Positions 10,205-19,563 of a stretch of DNA of 64,000 nt are shown here, one piece after another (within the stretch, counting starts at the first letter, position 1; each line of letters begins with the position of its first letter). This DNA comes from an uncultured Gemmatimonadales bacterium (GTDB taxonomy: Bacteria; Gemmatimonadota; Gemmatimonadetes; Longimicrobiales; RSA9), in assembly GCA_963783305.1 (NCBI GenBank), contig CAWAMW010000017.1, positions 320,001 to 384,000 on the forward strand, read 5' to 3'. Below the pieces are notes generated by a model. The model was not told where the DNA came from. It saw only the letters and a program-made list of their open reading frames with translations, and ran no database searches. A program made the translations under genes and the position numbers.

Positions 10205-10409
10205 GATTTAGGACGGGGGAGGTGTCAAGGCGGTGTCGTGCGGAAATGCGCCAGACGCCTCAGCTACTGAGGAGGACTACGGCGGCTGAAGCTCCTGCTG
10301 ACACCAACGCGGTCCCGGACCTGGTCCTGGCGCGGGAGCCAGGCCCGCCGATTCAGCCTGCCGGCGGCGGTCGAGCGCGGGCAGCGCCACGACGCCGCGG
10401 CGCGAGCGT

Positions 10410-11333
10410 TCATGTGGCCCTGGGCGGGGCGTCCGTGCCGGGTCTGGCCTGCCCGTGAAGCGCCTCTACGAAAGCAACCACCGTCCGGTCTGCCCCATCC
10501 CTGCGCAGGACATGGAACTCCAGAACCGCCTCCAGTCCCCGGACTCTGCGGACAGCGGTGCCGGCGGGGGGCGAGGCGCTGACCATGTCCAGAACCGCCG
10601 CCCACCCCGCGCCGCTCGCCACGAGCTGGGCCAGGCCGGCGAACGCACCCGGGGAGCGGACCACCTCGGGGGCCACGTCCTGGCGCCGGAGCGCCTCGAG
10701 GATCGTGTCGTGGAGGGAGGGTATGGTCTCACGGTCCGAGAGCAACATGGGCAGATCCGCCAGGTCGTCCAGGGAAAGTGACCGGCGGCGGGCGAGGGGA
10801 TGCTTCGCAGGGAGCAGGGCGGAGCGGAGGGGCTCGGCGGCAAGGGCGTCGGCGACGAGCCCGGGAGGGTAATCCTGGGGGTTCGCGGCCAGTCCGAACC
10901 CTACATCGACGATGTCATCGAGGAGTGCGCCCGGGTGCTCCACCCAGGGGATGGCCACCCGCTCCACCACCACGCCGGGGTGGCCCTCCCGAAATCGTCC
11001 CAGAGCCCCGGCCACCCGCTCAGTCCAGGGACCCACGTCTGGCGGAGCGACGCGCAGGCGGCCCTCGTCGGTCCGGGCGGCGGCCCGGGCGGCGACCAGG
11101 GCCTCGGCCGCCTCGGCGAGGGTGCGCCGGGCCCGGGGCAGGAAGGCTTCTCCCACCGCGGTCAGAGTCACACCCCGGGCCGTACGGATGAAGAGGTCCC
11201 CACCGATCTCCCGCTCCAGCTTCCGGACCTGACGGGAGAGGGCGGACTGGACCACGAAGAGGCGTCTGGCCGCCCGGCCCATGTTCCCCTCCTCGGCGGA
11301 GGCAATGAAGTAGCGGAGCTGCCGCAGGTCCAT
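10410..11333 (-). CDS. LysR family transcriptional regulator
   Basis: MDLRQLRYF...AARRLFVVQSALSRQVRKLEREIG..LF.RT. Confidence 0.92.
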   Translation of the reverse strand: MDLRQLRYFIASAEEGNMGRAARRLFVVQSALSRQVRKLEREIGGDLFIRTARGVTLTAVGEAFLPRARRTLAEAAEALVAARAAARTDEGRLRVAPPDVGPWTERVAGALGRFREGHPGVVVERVAIPWVEHPGALLDDIVDVGFGLAANPQDYPPGLVADALAAEPLRSALLPAKHPLARRRSLSLDDLADLPMLLSDRETIPSLHDTILEALRRQDVAPEVVRSPGAFAGLAQLVASGAGWAAVLDMVSASPPAGTAVRRVRGLEAVLEFHVLRRDGADRTVVAFVEALHGQARPGTDAPPRAT

Positions 11334-11485
11334 GGCGCGGGAAACTAGCGGGCCTTCTCGATGCGGCAAGGGAGGCTGCGGAAAAGAGCGTTGGACGCTC
11401 CCGTGGCGGCGCCGGTAGCTTACGGTCGTAGCCGCTCCGGTCCGGGAGCGGCGCCTGCTTCCACCCATCGCCCGAGGTTACGCCC

Positions 11486-11995
11486 ATGCCCATGCCCACG
11501 CCCGAATCTGCCGTTGTTCCGACCGGCGTAGCCCCCCGTCCCCTCGCCCCTTTCGTCCGGGGTCCCGGCACCCCCGGGCACCTCGGTCCCCTGGACGTGA
11601 CGATCCACGTGCTGGTGCGGGGTGCGGACACCGGGGGCGGATGGGCTCTGGTGGATTACACCATGCCCCCGGGTTTCGCCGGGCCTCCAACCCACGCCCA
11701 CGACCTGGCCACCGAGGCCTTCTACGGCATCGAGGGAGAGACGCGGCTGGAGGTGAACGGTCGCGAGGTCGCGCTCCTGCCGGGGGCGGTTGCCGTGGTC
11801 CCCCCGGGTGTAATGCACCGCTTCCGCAACGCCACCGATCGGCCGGCACGCCACCTGGTCGTCCTCACGCCCGCGGGGTTCGAAGGGTACTTCGACGACC
11901 TCGCGGCGCTGGCGGCAGAGCACGGCGCCTGGCCCCCGGCGGAGCCCGCTGCCCTCACCGCACTCATGACGCGTCACGACCTGCGGCTGCGGTGA
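11486..11995 (+). CDS. Cupin domain protein
   Basis: GPPTHAH..TEAFYGIEG...VPPGVMHRFRN; divergent from LysR. Confidence 0.85.
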   Translation: MPMPTPESAVVPTGVAPRPLAPFVRGPGTPGHLGPLDVTIHVLVRGADTGGGWALVDYTMPPGFAGPPTHAHDLATEAFYGIEGETRLEVNGREVALLPGAVAVVPPGVMHRFRNATDRPARHLVVLTPAGFEGYFDDLAALAAEHGAWPPAEPAALTALMTRHDLRLR

Positions 11996-12009
11996 CGCCT
12001 GGCCAGGCG

Positions 12010-13137
12010 TCACCGCAACGGAGGCTGGTCCGCCCTGGCGACCCAGGCTGCGAGGAAAGGATCAGAGATGCGGACGGGCCTGCCGGGGGCGAGAATCCCG
12101 TCGGAGCGTAGCTCGGTGGTGGCCCAGGAGGCGGCAGCCGAGCTGCCGATGCCGTAGCGGTCGAGCACGGCGCGCGACGTCAGCTGCTCCTCACCGGCGG
12201 CGATGGCGCGCATGATCCGGCGCTTGTCGGGCGAAAGCTTCTCCCAGATCAGCTCGTAGGCGCTCGCCTGGTCGGCGACGATGTCGGCGAACGCCGCGTC
12301 CACCGTTTCCAGGCTCGCCTCCGCCGCTTCCAGCCCGAGCCGGTGCACGACCTTGGCGAGGCGGAGGATGGGCTCGGTCACGGGGCCGGCGCGGTCGTGG
12401 ATCGCCTCGACCACGTCCCGGCCGCAGCGGACGCCGTGCGGCTCCAGCCGGTGGTGCAGCCACGGCACCAGGTGGTCCCGGCCGATCCCGCCGATCTCCA
12501 TGCGGTCGATCCCGGCCAGCGGCCCCTTCGGCCCGATCAGCGACTGCACGACGCCCTCGATGGACCCGGAAAGGACATAGCCGATGCCCGGCGTGTCCTG
12601 CATCACCCCCCGGAGCAGCGCGCCGCCGGACCCGTGCAGCGTCTCCAGCTTCTGGAACTCGTCGATCACCACCACGATCGGCGACTCCGTCCCCTCCGCG
12701 GCCCCGTCAAGAGCCCGGAGGATTCGCTCCAAGGTCTCTTCCGGCCGGTCGTCCAGCCGCGCCGACCCGCCCAGGCCGAGCCGCGGGCGGCCCGATTCGT
12801 CCACGGACAGCGAGACCAGCCCGGACAGCGAGCGCAGCAGCGCCTGGGCGCGCTCCCCCACCAGCCACCACCCCGGCACCGCGCCCAGGAGCGAGCGGTT
12901 GAGCGCGGTCAGGCTCTCCGCCAGCCACGCGTCCACCGTCACCGCAACGCCGCCCTCCGCCCGCAGCCGCTCCGCCGCCCGCCGGATCACCGACGTCTTC
13001 CCCTGTCGGCGCTCGCCGTACAGCACCAGGCGGTCGCGCGCACGCATGGCCGCCAGCACCCGCGCCACCTCCGTCTCCCGGTCGGTGAAGTAGGCGCCCT
13101 CGGCGATCTGATGCGTCCGAAAAGGTGGCTCCGTCAT
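12010..13137 (-). CDS. AAA/archaeal-type ATPase with C-terminal winged-helix-like region
   Basis: FTDRETE, Walker A GERRQGKT, Walker B VVVIDEFQ, terminal DPFLAAWV. Confidence 0.8.
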   Translation of the reverse strand: MTEPPFRTHQIAEGAYFTDRETEVARVLAAMRARDRLVLYGERRQGKTSVIRRAAERLRAEGGVAVTVDAWLAESLTALNRSLLGAVPGWWLVGERAQALLRSLSGLVSLSVDESGRPRLGLGGSARLDDRPEETLERILRALDGAAEGTESPIVVVIDEFQKLETLHGSGGALLRGVMQDTPGIGYVLSGSIEGVVQSLIGPKGPLAGIDRMEIGGIGRDHLVPWLHHRLEPHGVRCGRDVVEAIHDRAGPVTEPILRLAKVVHRLGLEAAEASLETVDAAFADIVADQASAYELIWEKLSPDKRRIMRAIAAGEEQLTSRAVLDRYGIGSSAAASWATTELRSDGILAPGRPVRISDPFLAAWVARADQPPLR

Positions 13138-13174
13138 GGATACGCCCCTGCTACAAAGAAACGCCTTACCCGAT

Positions 13175-13196
13175 TTACTAAGGCATCGCTTAGTAA
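13175..13196. promoter_or_regulatory. Perfect inverted repeat TTACTAAG-gcatcg-CTTAGTAA upstream of the ATPase
   Basis: 8-6-8 palindrome about 40 bp before the ATPase start. Confidence 0.6.
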
Positions 13197-13786
13197 GTAT
13201 TTACTTTGTCGGGCTGCGTGTCAAGCAGGCCGGGCCGTTCGCGCTCACTCACATCCCGCGCGCTCGCGTTCGCTACATGGGTTTCAGGTTCTGGTTGAGC
13301 CTTCCTCTTTGCATAGGTGCGGCGAACGGACGGGGACATGTTGTTGTAGTTCTCGCGGGCCGGTGATATCCCGGTCAGCTTTGCCGCGAACCGCTGGATT
13401 TCTTCGTCGGCAATGGGGCCACTTTCCGGGGCGTCCCACATGCCGTTTCGTTTTGCGGCCTCCACCGCTCTCTCGCCCGGATCGGTCATCAACCCTCTCT
13501 GCCGCAGCGATTCCACCTTTCCCTTGTTTCTTTCAGACCAGGGACTCCTGGGGCGTCGACGGGTGAAGTATTTCGCATAGAGTGTCTCATCGATGCTCCG
13601 TACCTTCCCATCGATCCAGCCAGAGCAAAGGGCTTCTTCCAGTGCGTCATCCGCTGACAACGTGACGACCGCGGGTGTCTTGCCGATCAGAAGCCACACT
13701 CCGTCGCTCGTCTCCGCGTTCTCACGCAGCCACGTACGGAAGTCGTCTCGCGAAGCAAACAACAGCTCACGCACATCAGCATTCAT
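13190..13786 (-). CDS. YdeI/OmpD-associated family protein, C-terminus apparently truncated
   Basis: FRTWLRENAETSDGVWL...ALEEALCSGWIDG...FTRRRPRSPWSERNK...GLMT; 3' part of ORF 13190..15007. Confidence 0.75.
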   Translation of the reverse strand: MNADVRELLFASRDDFRTWLRENAETSDGVWLLIGKTPAVVTLSADDALEEALCSGWIDGKVRSIDETLYAKYFTRRRPRSPWSERNKGKVESLRQRGLMTDPGERAVEAAKRNGMWDAPESGPIADEEIQRFAAKLTGISPARENYNNMSPSVRRTYAKRKAQPEPETHVANASARDVSERERPGLLDTQPDKVNTY

Positions 13787-13980
13787 TGCGAACCCCCCGG
13801 GGCCGGCGCTGGTTGGGCGGGCGCGGTGCGACGCCGGCGATCCATAGTGCGGTGCCGGCCCGGCGCTGTCAGTACGGAAAAACCCTGAACCTCGTCCTGT
13901 GGGGCGATCGCTTACAGCCAGGGATGACCGCGGGATCCGTCGACCTCGACGCCGCGACGCGGCCGCCCTCGCCGTGGTCG

Positions 13981-16400
13981 TCAGCCCTCCGCCTTCAGCG
14001 CGTCCGCCGGCTCCACCGCGAGCGCACGGCGGGTGGGCGGGATGCACGCCAGCATGCAGCTGGCCCCGATGAGCAGGACGTAGCCGAGGATCATGAGGAC
14101 GTCCTGGAGGTCGTGCGCCTTCTCCCCGAGGGCGAGGGGGAGGAGGAGCAGCAGGGCGGCGCCGGTGGTGAGGCCGAGCCCGACCTGGATGAGCGGCTTG
14201 CGGAAGACGGCGGCGACCACACGGGTGGAGCTGGCGCCGAGCGCGACGCGGATGCCGATCTCGCGGGTGCGTCGGGCCATGGTGAAGGACATGACCGCGA
14301 AGATCCCGCCCATGGAGAGGAGGATGGCGAGACCGCTCACGGCGCCGAGCACGGTGGACCAGAAGGCGTAGAACTCCCGCTGGGCGCGGGTCAGCTCGGC
14401 GAGGTCCTGGATGTCCTCGACGATGAGGGTGGGCTCGACCTCCATGGCGATGCCGCGGAGTGTGGGTCCGAAGGCGCGTGCGTCGCCGGCCATGTGGATC
14501 ACGGCACGCGCCGGATGGATGTCGCCGGGCTCGGCGGGGTGGTACATGCCCTGGTGGCCGTAGCCGGAGACGGTGCCCAGGTCCTCCACCACGCCCACGA
14601 TCTCGTGCCACGGCCCGGGCTCCTGCGTCGGGTCCCGGTACTCCTCGCTGGCCAGGTACCGGACGCGCAGCCCGACGGGGTTGCGGCCGCCCATGACGCG
14701 CTCGACGAACGACTCGTTCACGACCACCGCCCGGTGCCCCTCCTCCAGGTCGGCGAGGCGGAACCCGCGCCCGGCGGTGACCGTGGCGCCCATGACGTCG
14801 AAGTAGTCGATGGCCACGCGGGCGGAGCCGAGACGGTGGCCGCGCTCGTCCGGCGGCTCCGCCGTGGGCCCGTCGACCTCCACCTGGCGCCAGGGGTGGT
14901 ACTCCCGGGGCAGCCGCTCGGTGAAGGCCACCCCGCGGACACCGGGCTCGGAGCGGATCCGCTGCGCGAGCCGATCGAGCGTCGGGCCCATGCGACGACG
15001 CGTCCACGCCGCGGCGGAGTCCGCGGGAACCTCGAGCGGCGCCGGCCGCTGCATCTCGAGGCGGGCCGAAAGGTACTCGCGGACGGGGAGATCGAGGTCC
15101 TCGTTGACCTCACGGTTCCCCTCTGCCCGGACCGCCAGCGTGACCAGCGGGAAGATCATCGTCACGGCGATCTGGAGGACGATCACCCCCGTCCACACGC
15201 CGCCGAACTGGAAGCCGCCCCCGCCGGCCGACGCCTGCTGGAGCCCGGGCCGCAGGTCGCGCGTGACCTTGAGCCCCGGGAGCACTCCGGCCACGGCGGC
15301 CGCAAGCACGGTGAGGAGCACGGTGTAGAGCAGCGTCGTCGGGGACAGGCTGGCGTCGAACCAGAACGGGAGGCTCTCGTCGAAGAGGGATAGCTCGGTG
15401 ATCCGGAAGAGCCAGGCAATGGCGTAGCGCGCGGCCACCAGCCCGATCACGGCCGCGAGCGCGGCGAGGACCAGCGCCTCCACGAAGAGCTGGAGGATGA
15501 TCCGGCGACGGCTCGCGCCCAGCGCGCTCCGGACCACGAGCTCGCCCTCCCGGGACGTCGCGCGGGCGAAGAGCAGCAGCGCGACGTTGCCGCAGACGAG
15601 CATCAGGAAGAGCGCCAGCGGCAGGTTGGTGGCCGCGCCGATGGCCATGAGCGCGAGGGTGGACAGCGCCGTCGGGTCGGCCCCGCCGATGTTCGCCCCG
15701 AGCCAGCTCGTGGCCCACCGCGAGACCTGCGGCCGGAGGTGCTCGTGGGTCCCGGGGAAGTCGGCCGCCACGCGGCCGCCGAGGACGCTCAGCTCCGCCC
15801 GGGCGTCCTCCAGCGACGCGCCGGGGGCCAGTCGCCCGAACACCACCACGCGGGGCCCCGCCAGCGGAGCGAACGCCTCCCCGGGGTCACCGAACGGGAC
15901 CCAGAATGTCGTGCGCCAGCGGGAAGGCGAACCCCTCCGGCATGACGCCCACCACCGTGGTCGTCCCGGCCGCGTCCCAGAGCTCGATGGCCACCACCCG
16001 GTCCCCGGCGGGGAGCGGGAGGTCCGGGCTCACCACCTGCGAGATGACCTCGAACGCCGTCGCCCCCGCGAAGATGGCGAATGCCATTGAGAGGCTGCCC
16101 AGGACGGTGAGCGCCGGGTACTTCACCAGCATCCGCAGCCCCAGCTTCACGTCCAGCCACCAGCCCGTGAGCCAGCCCAGACCCCTGGCCTCCCGGACCT
16201 CCTCCTTCGTCCGCTCCAATCCGCCGAACGACACCGCCGCACGACGCGCCGCCTCGCCCGGCTCCAGCCCCTTCTCCCGGATCAGACGCTGCGTCTCCAT
16301 CTCCAGGTGGAACCGCAGCTCCTCGTCGAGATCCGCCGCCTCGCGGTTCTGGAAGAGGAGGCCGGTGATCCGCTCCCGCAGCGCGGCGAGGGGCGCCGCA
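13981..16400 (-). pseudogene. ADOP/MacB-FtsX ABC permease, disrupted
   Basis: DEELRFHLEME..SFGG N-terminus, CGNVALLLFARA, RTREIGIRVALGA; frameshifts near 16355 and 15900 and an apparent internal deletion near 15965. Confidence 0.8.
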
Positions 16401-16509
16401 TCCGGGCCGCGAGCCGCGTCACGACACCGGCGCGCGGATCTTCACCGGGGCCGGCTCCAGACCACCTCACGAGAACGCCCCGCTCGAATTCGAGGACCCA
16501 GTTCACCGC

Positions 16510-16812
16510 CTACGACGACCGCTTCCACTGCTCGCGCTCCCGCGCCAGCTCCGCCTCCCCCGCCGCCGTCAGCATGTAGTACTTCGCCCGGCGGTTGTTC
16601 TCGCTCCTGCGCCACTCCGACTTCAGCCACCCCTTCGACTTCAGCCGCTGGAGCGCCGGGTAGAGCGACCCCTGGTTCACCTGGAAGACATCGCGCGACA
16701 TCTGCTGGATCCGCTGGCTGATCCCCCAGCCGTGCATCGGCTCGAAGGAGAGCGTCTTGAGGACCAGGAGCTCGAGGGTCCCCTGGAGCAGATCGGACTG
16801 GTCGTGTGCCAT
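16510..16812 (-). CDS. PadR family regulator (ADOP-associated) with probable premature TAG
   Basis: LLQGTLELLVLK..MHGWGI..GSLYPAL..SENNRRAKYY; the frame continues past TAG as AVNWVL. Confidence 0.85.
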   Translation of the reverse strand: MAHDQSDLLQGTLELLVLKTLSFEPMHGWGISQRIQQMSRDVFQVNQGSLYPALQRLKSKGWLKSEWRRSENNRRAKYYMLTAAGEAELAREREQWKRSS

Positions 16813-16823
16813 GGGGGCGCGCT

Positions 16824-16880
16824 TCCTGTAGAAGGTCTAAAGATCAAAGTAGCGCGGACTCCTGTAGGCGGTCAATAGGA
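16824..16880. promoter_or_regulatory. Two related quasi-palindromic sites (TCCTGTAG...) upstream of PadR
   Basis: TCCTGTAGAAGGTCTAAAGA at 16824-16843 and TCCTGTAGGCGGTCAATAGGA at 16860-16880. Confidence 0.5.
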
Positions 16881-16941
16881 ACGACGGAGCGGCTGCGTGG
16901 AGGACCCGACCAGTAGGTGCGGCCGACGGGAACAGCTTAAC

Positions 16942-16973
16942 TTCTTGACACGAAGGGCTCGAAGGGACGAAGG
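16942..16973 (+). repeat. 32-bp dispersed repeat identical to 40891-40922
   Basis: TTCTTGACACGAAGGGCTCGAAGGGACGAAGG occurs at both positions. Confidence 0.9.
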
Positions 16974-17000
16974 ATACGAAAACCGCGCATCGGGCTTGTC

Positions 17001-17798
17001 ATGTCAGACCGCACCGACTTCACCAACACCTACGCCGACCCGGAGCGGGCCGCTTCGTACGCCGGCGTCGACTTCACCGGCACCTACCACCTCGCCGTGC
17101 GCGACCTGCCGGACCTGATCGAGCGGCACGTGGGCGGGCGGGCGGCGCTGGACTTCGGGTGCGGGGCGGGTCGCTCGACGCGGCTGCTGAAGGCGCTCAG
17201 GTTCGAGGCGGTGGGGGTGGACGTGTCGCGGAGCATGCTGGAGCGGGCGCGGGCGCGGGATCCGGAGGGGCGCTACGTCCTCATCGCCGAGGAGGATCCC
17301 GACTCACTGGCGGGCGTGGTCCCGGCGGGCTCGCGGGACCTTGTCTTCTGCGCGTACCCGTTCGACAACATCCCGGGTCGGGCGAACCGGGCGCGGATCC
17401 TGGGGGCGCTGGGTCGTACGCTGAAGGAGGACGGCCGGGTGATCATCGTGGCGTCGTCCCCCGAGCTGTACCAGCACGAGTGGCTGTCGTTCACGACCGC
17501 GGCGTTCGAGGAGAACCGGCGGGCCGCGAGTGGCGACCCGGTGCGGATCGTCATGAAGGACGTCCCCGACGCGCGGCCCGTGCCCGACTTCCTCTGGACC
17601 GACGACGACTACCGGGTCATGGCCGAGGCCGCGGGGCTGCGGGTGCTGGAGACCGCGCGGCCGCTGGGTCGGCCGGACGACGGGTACGCGTGGGTCAGCG
17701 AGACGGCGGTGGCGCCGTGGGCGATCCACGTGCTGGGACGGCCTCACACCGCCGGTGTCGGCAGCCGACCGTCCACCAGGAAGTCCTCCCTCGGGTAG
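17001..17798 (+). CDS. Class I SAM-dependent methyltransferase
   Basis: ALDFGCGAGR, GVDVSRSML. Confidence 0.88.
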   Translation: MSDRTDFTNTYADPERAASYAGVDFTGTYHLAVRDLPDLIERHVGGRAALDFGCGAGRSTRLLKALRFEAVGVDVSRSMLERARARDPEGRYVLIAEEDPDSLAGVVPAGSRDLVFCAYPFDNIPGRANRARILGALGRTLKEDGRVIIVASSPELYQHEWLSFTTAAFEENRRAASGDPVRIVMKDVPDARPVPDFLWTDDDYRVMAEAAGLRVLETARPLGRPDDGYAWVSETAVAPWAIHVLGRPHTAGVGSRPSTRKSSLG

Positions 17799-18523
17799 GC
17801 GTACGTCTCCCGCCGTCCATAGCCCCTGGAGGAGACCTCGACCCGCTCCCTCGTCGCGGCGCAGTGCCAGGTCTCGAACGACCGCGGGGCACGCCGCCCG
17901 AACGACGCCGGGTCCAGCACCGCGACGTTGACCCCGCCCTCCACGTCGCGGGCCGACCGGTAGCGGAACGCCTGCACCGCAGCGTCCCGCATGGCACCGC
18001 CCAGCGCCTGCGTGGCCGAGTAGCTCACGGGCGAGGCCAGCTCGCTGTCGTGCGCCGCGAACGGAGGCGCCGTGAGGTCGATCCCGCGCTCCGTGCGCAC
18101 GCGTGCGCGGAACGCCGTCAGGTCGACTTCCAGAACACCCAGCTCCGCCGCCGTGCCCTCCAGGAATACCAGCCGGTAGTACGCCACCTCGGCGAACACC
18201 GTCCGCAGCGCCTCGCCGCCGTACCAGATGCCGCGCTCCGTACGCGGTCCGAACCGGGAGCCGTGGCGGAGCGGCGGGTACCGGAAGGGGGTGAACAGCA
18301 GGTAGTGCATCCCGGGCGCGGCGCCCGGTCGATGGGCCGGAGCGGCCGGCGCGGGCGGCTTCGCGTCGTCGATCAGCCGCTCCAGCACCTCGTGCTCCGC
18401 GGCCGTGTCCACCAGCCGACGCGTCGCGACCTGGTGCTGGCTCTCCACCGCGCGCCACGGCTCCAGCCGCAGCGGCCGGAGCTCAGAGTCGCCCGCGCAG
18501 CGCGTCCAGATATCCGACGACAT
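17744..18523 (-). CDS. RES domain toxin (NAD+ phosphorylase family)
   Basis: WRAVE, TPFRYPP..GSRF, AEVAYY, YRSAR motifs. Confidence 0.88.
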   Translation of the reverse strand: MSSDIWTRCAGDSELRPLRLEPWRAVESQHQVATRRLVDTAAEHEVLERLIDDAKPPAPAAPAHRPGAAPGMHYLLFTPFRYPPLRHGSRFGPRTERGIWYGGEALRTVFAEVAYYRLVFLEGTAAELGVLEVDLTAFRARVRTERGIDLTAPPFAAHDSELASPVSYSATQALGGAMRDAAVQAFRYRSARDVEGGVNVAVLDPASFGRRAPRSFETWHCAATRERVEVSSRGYGRRETYAYPREDFLVDGRLPTPAV

Positions 18524-18857
18524 CCACCAGCCCCTCCACACGACGGATCCGCTCCCGCGGCACGCCCGCCACGTGCGCGTTCTCCGCGTTCAGCCACGCC
18601 CGCGCCTTCGACTCCTCTCCCCCAACCATGGCGTCCAGGCTCCGGAACAGCCGCAGGAAGAGCAGCGCCAGCTCGCCCTCCTTGCTCCCCGGGTCGATGG
18701 TCCGGGCCCCGCTCAGCCGCGAGATCGACGCCTCGCTCGTCCCCAGCACCGCCGACAGCTCGCGGTTGCGCATACCCAGCCGCCCGGCCGCCGAGAGGAC
18801 GGCCTTCGTCAGGACCTGGCCGGGCGCGGGCTGGGCCGCGTGAAGGGAGCGGTGCAT
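18483..18857 (-). CDS. Xre/MbcA/ParS antitoxin
   Basis: LSAVLGTSEASISRL...LFRSLDA...ARAWLNAEN...GLVDVVGYLD; upstream of and overlapping RES. Confidence 0.88.
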   Translation of the reverse strand: MHRSLHAAQPAPGQVLTKAVLSAAGRLGMRNRELSAVLGTSEASISRLSGARTIDPGSKEGELALLFLRLFRSLDAMVGGEESKARAWLNAENAHVAGVPRERIRRVEGLVDVVGYLDALRGRL

Positions 18858-18922
18858 TGTACCTGAAAGATACCGACGGAATATTTCATGTGCAAGCCAA
18901 GGTCACCCGTATGGCTTCCCGT

Positions 18923-19162
18923 ATGGCCAAGATGATCCAGGTTCGGAACGTCCCTGACCCGCTCCACCGGCAGCTGGTGCGGCGAGCGAGGGCGCGAGGG
19001 CAGACGCTCACCGACTACGTGCAGGGGATCCTCGAGCGGGAGGTCGCCCGTCCGCTGGCGGAGGAGGTGTTCGAGCGGGTGGCTTCGCGCAGCTCCGTGC
19101 GCCTGGACCGGCCGGCGGCGGAGCTGCTGGCGGAGGAGCGCGGCTCGCGCCAGGCGTCGTGA
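18923..19162 (+). CDS. FitA-like ribbon-helix-helix antitoxin
   Basis: MIQVRNVPDPLHRQLVRRARARGQTLTDY; GTGA overlap with the PIN gene. Confidence 0.85.
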   Translation: MAKMIQVRNVPDPLHRQLVRRARARGQTLTDYVQGILEREVARPLAEEVFERVASRSSVRLDRPAAELLAEERGSRQAS

Positions 19163-19563
19163 AGCCGGTGGTGGTGGACGCGTCCGCCGTCGCCGAGTAC
19201 CTGCTGCGGACGGAGCGGGCCGGACCGATCGAAGCAGTCCTCCGCGACCCGGCGCACGACCTCTCCGTGCCCGCCCTGTGCGACGTGGAGGTCGCGTCCG
19301 TGCTCCGGCGCGCGATTCTCAGCGGGGCGATGGGACCCGAACGGGCGGGCCAGGCGACGGAGGACTACCGCGACCTCCCCCTGACCCGCCACGGCCACCT
19401 CGCCCTCATGGAGCGGATCCTGGAGCTCCGCGACGACTTCTCACCCTACGACGCCGCCTACGTCGCCCTCGCCGAGCGGCTGGGCGCGACGCTGCTGACC
19501 GGGGACCGGGCGCTCGGACGGGCGGTGGACCGGCACCTGGCACTGGAAGTCATGACGGCGTAG
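19159..19563 (+). CDS. vapC: VapC-type PIN domain toxin
   Basis: VVVDASA...E..SVLRR...YDAAYVALAE...LLTGDRAL. Confidence 0.9.
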   Translation: MKPVVVDASAVAEYLLRTERAGPIEAVLRDPAHDLSVPALCDVEVASVLRRAILSGAMGPERAGQATEDYRDLPLTRHGHLALMERILELRDDFSPYDAAYVALAERLGATLLTGDRALGRAVDRHLALEVMTA

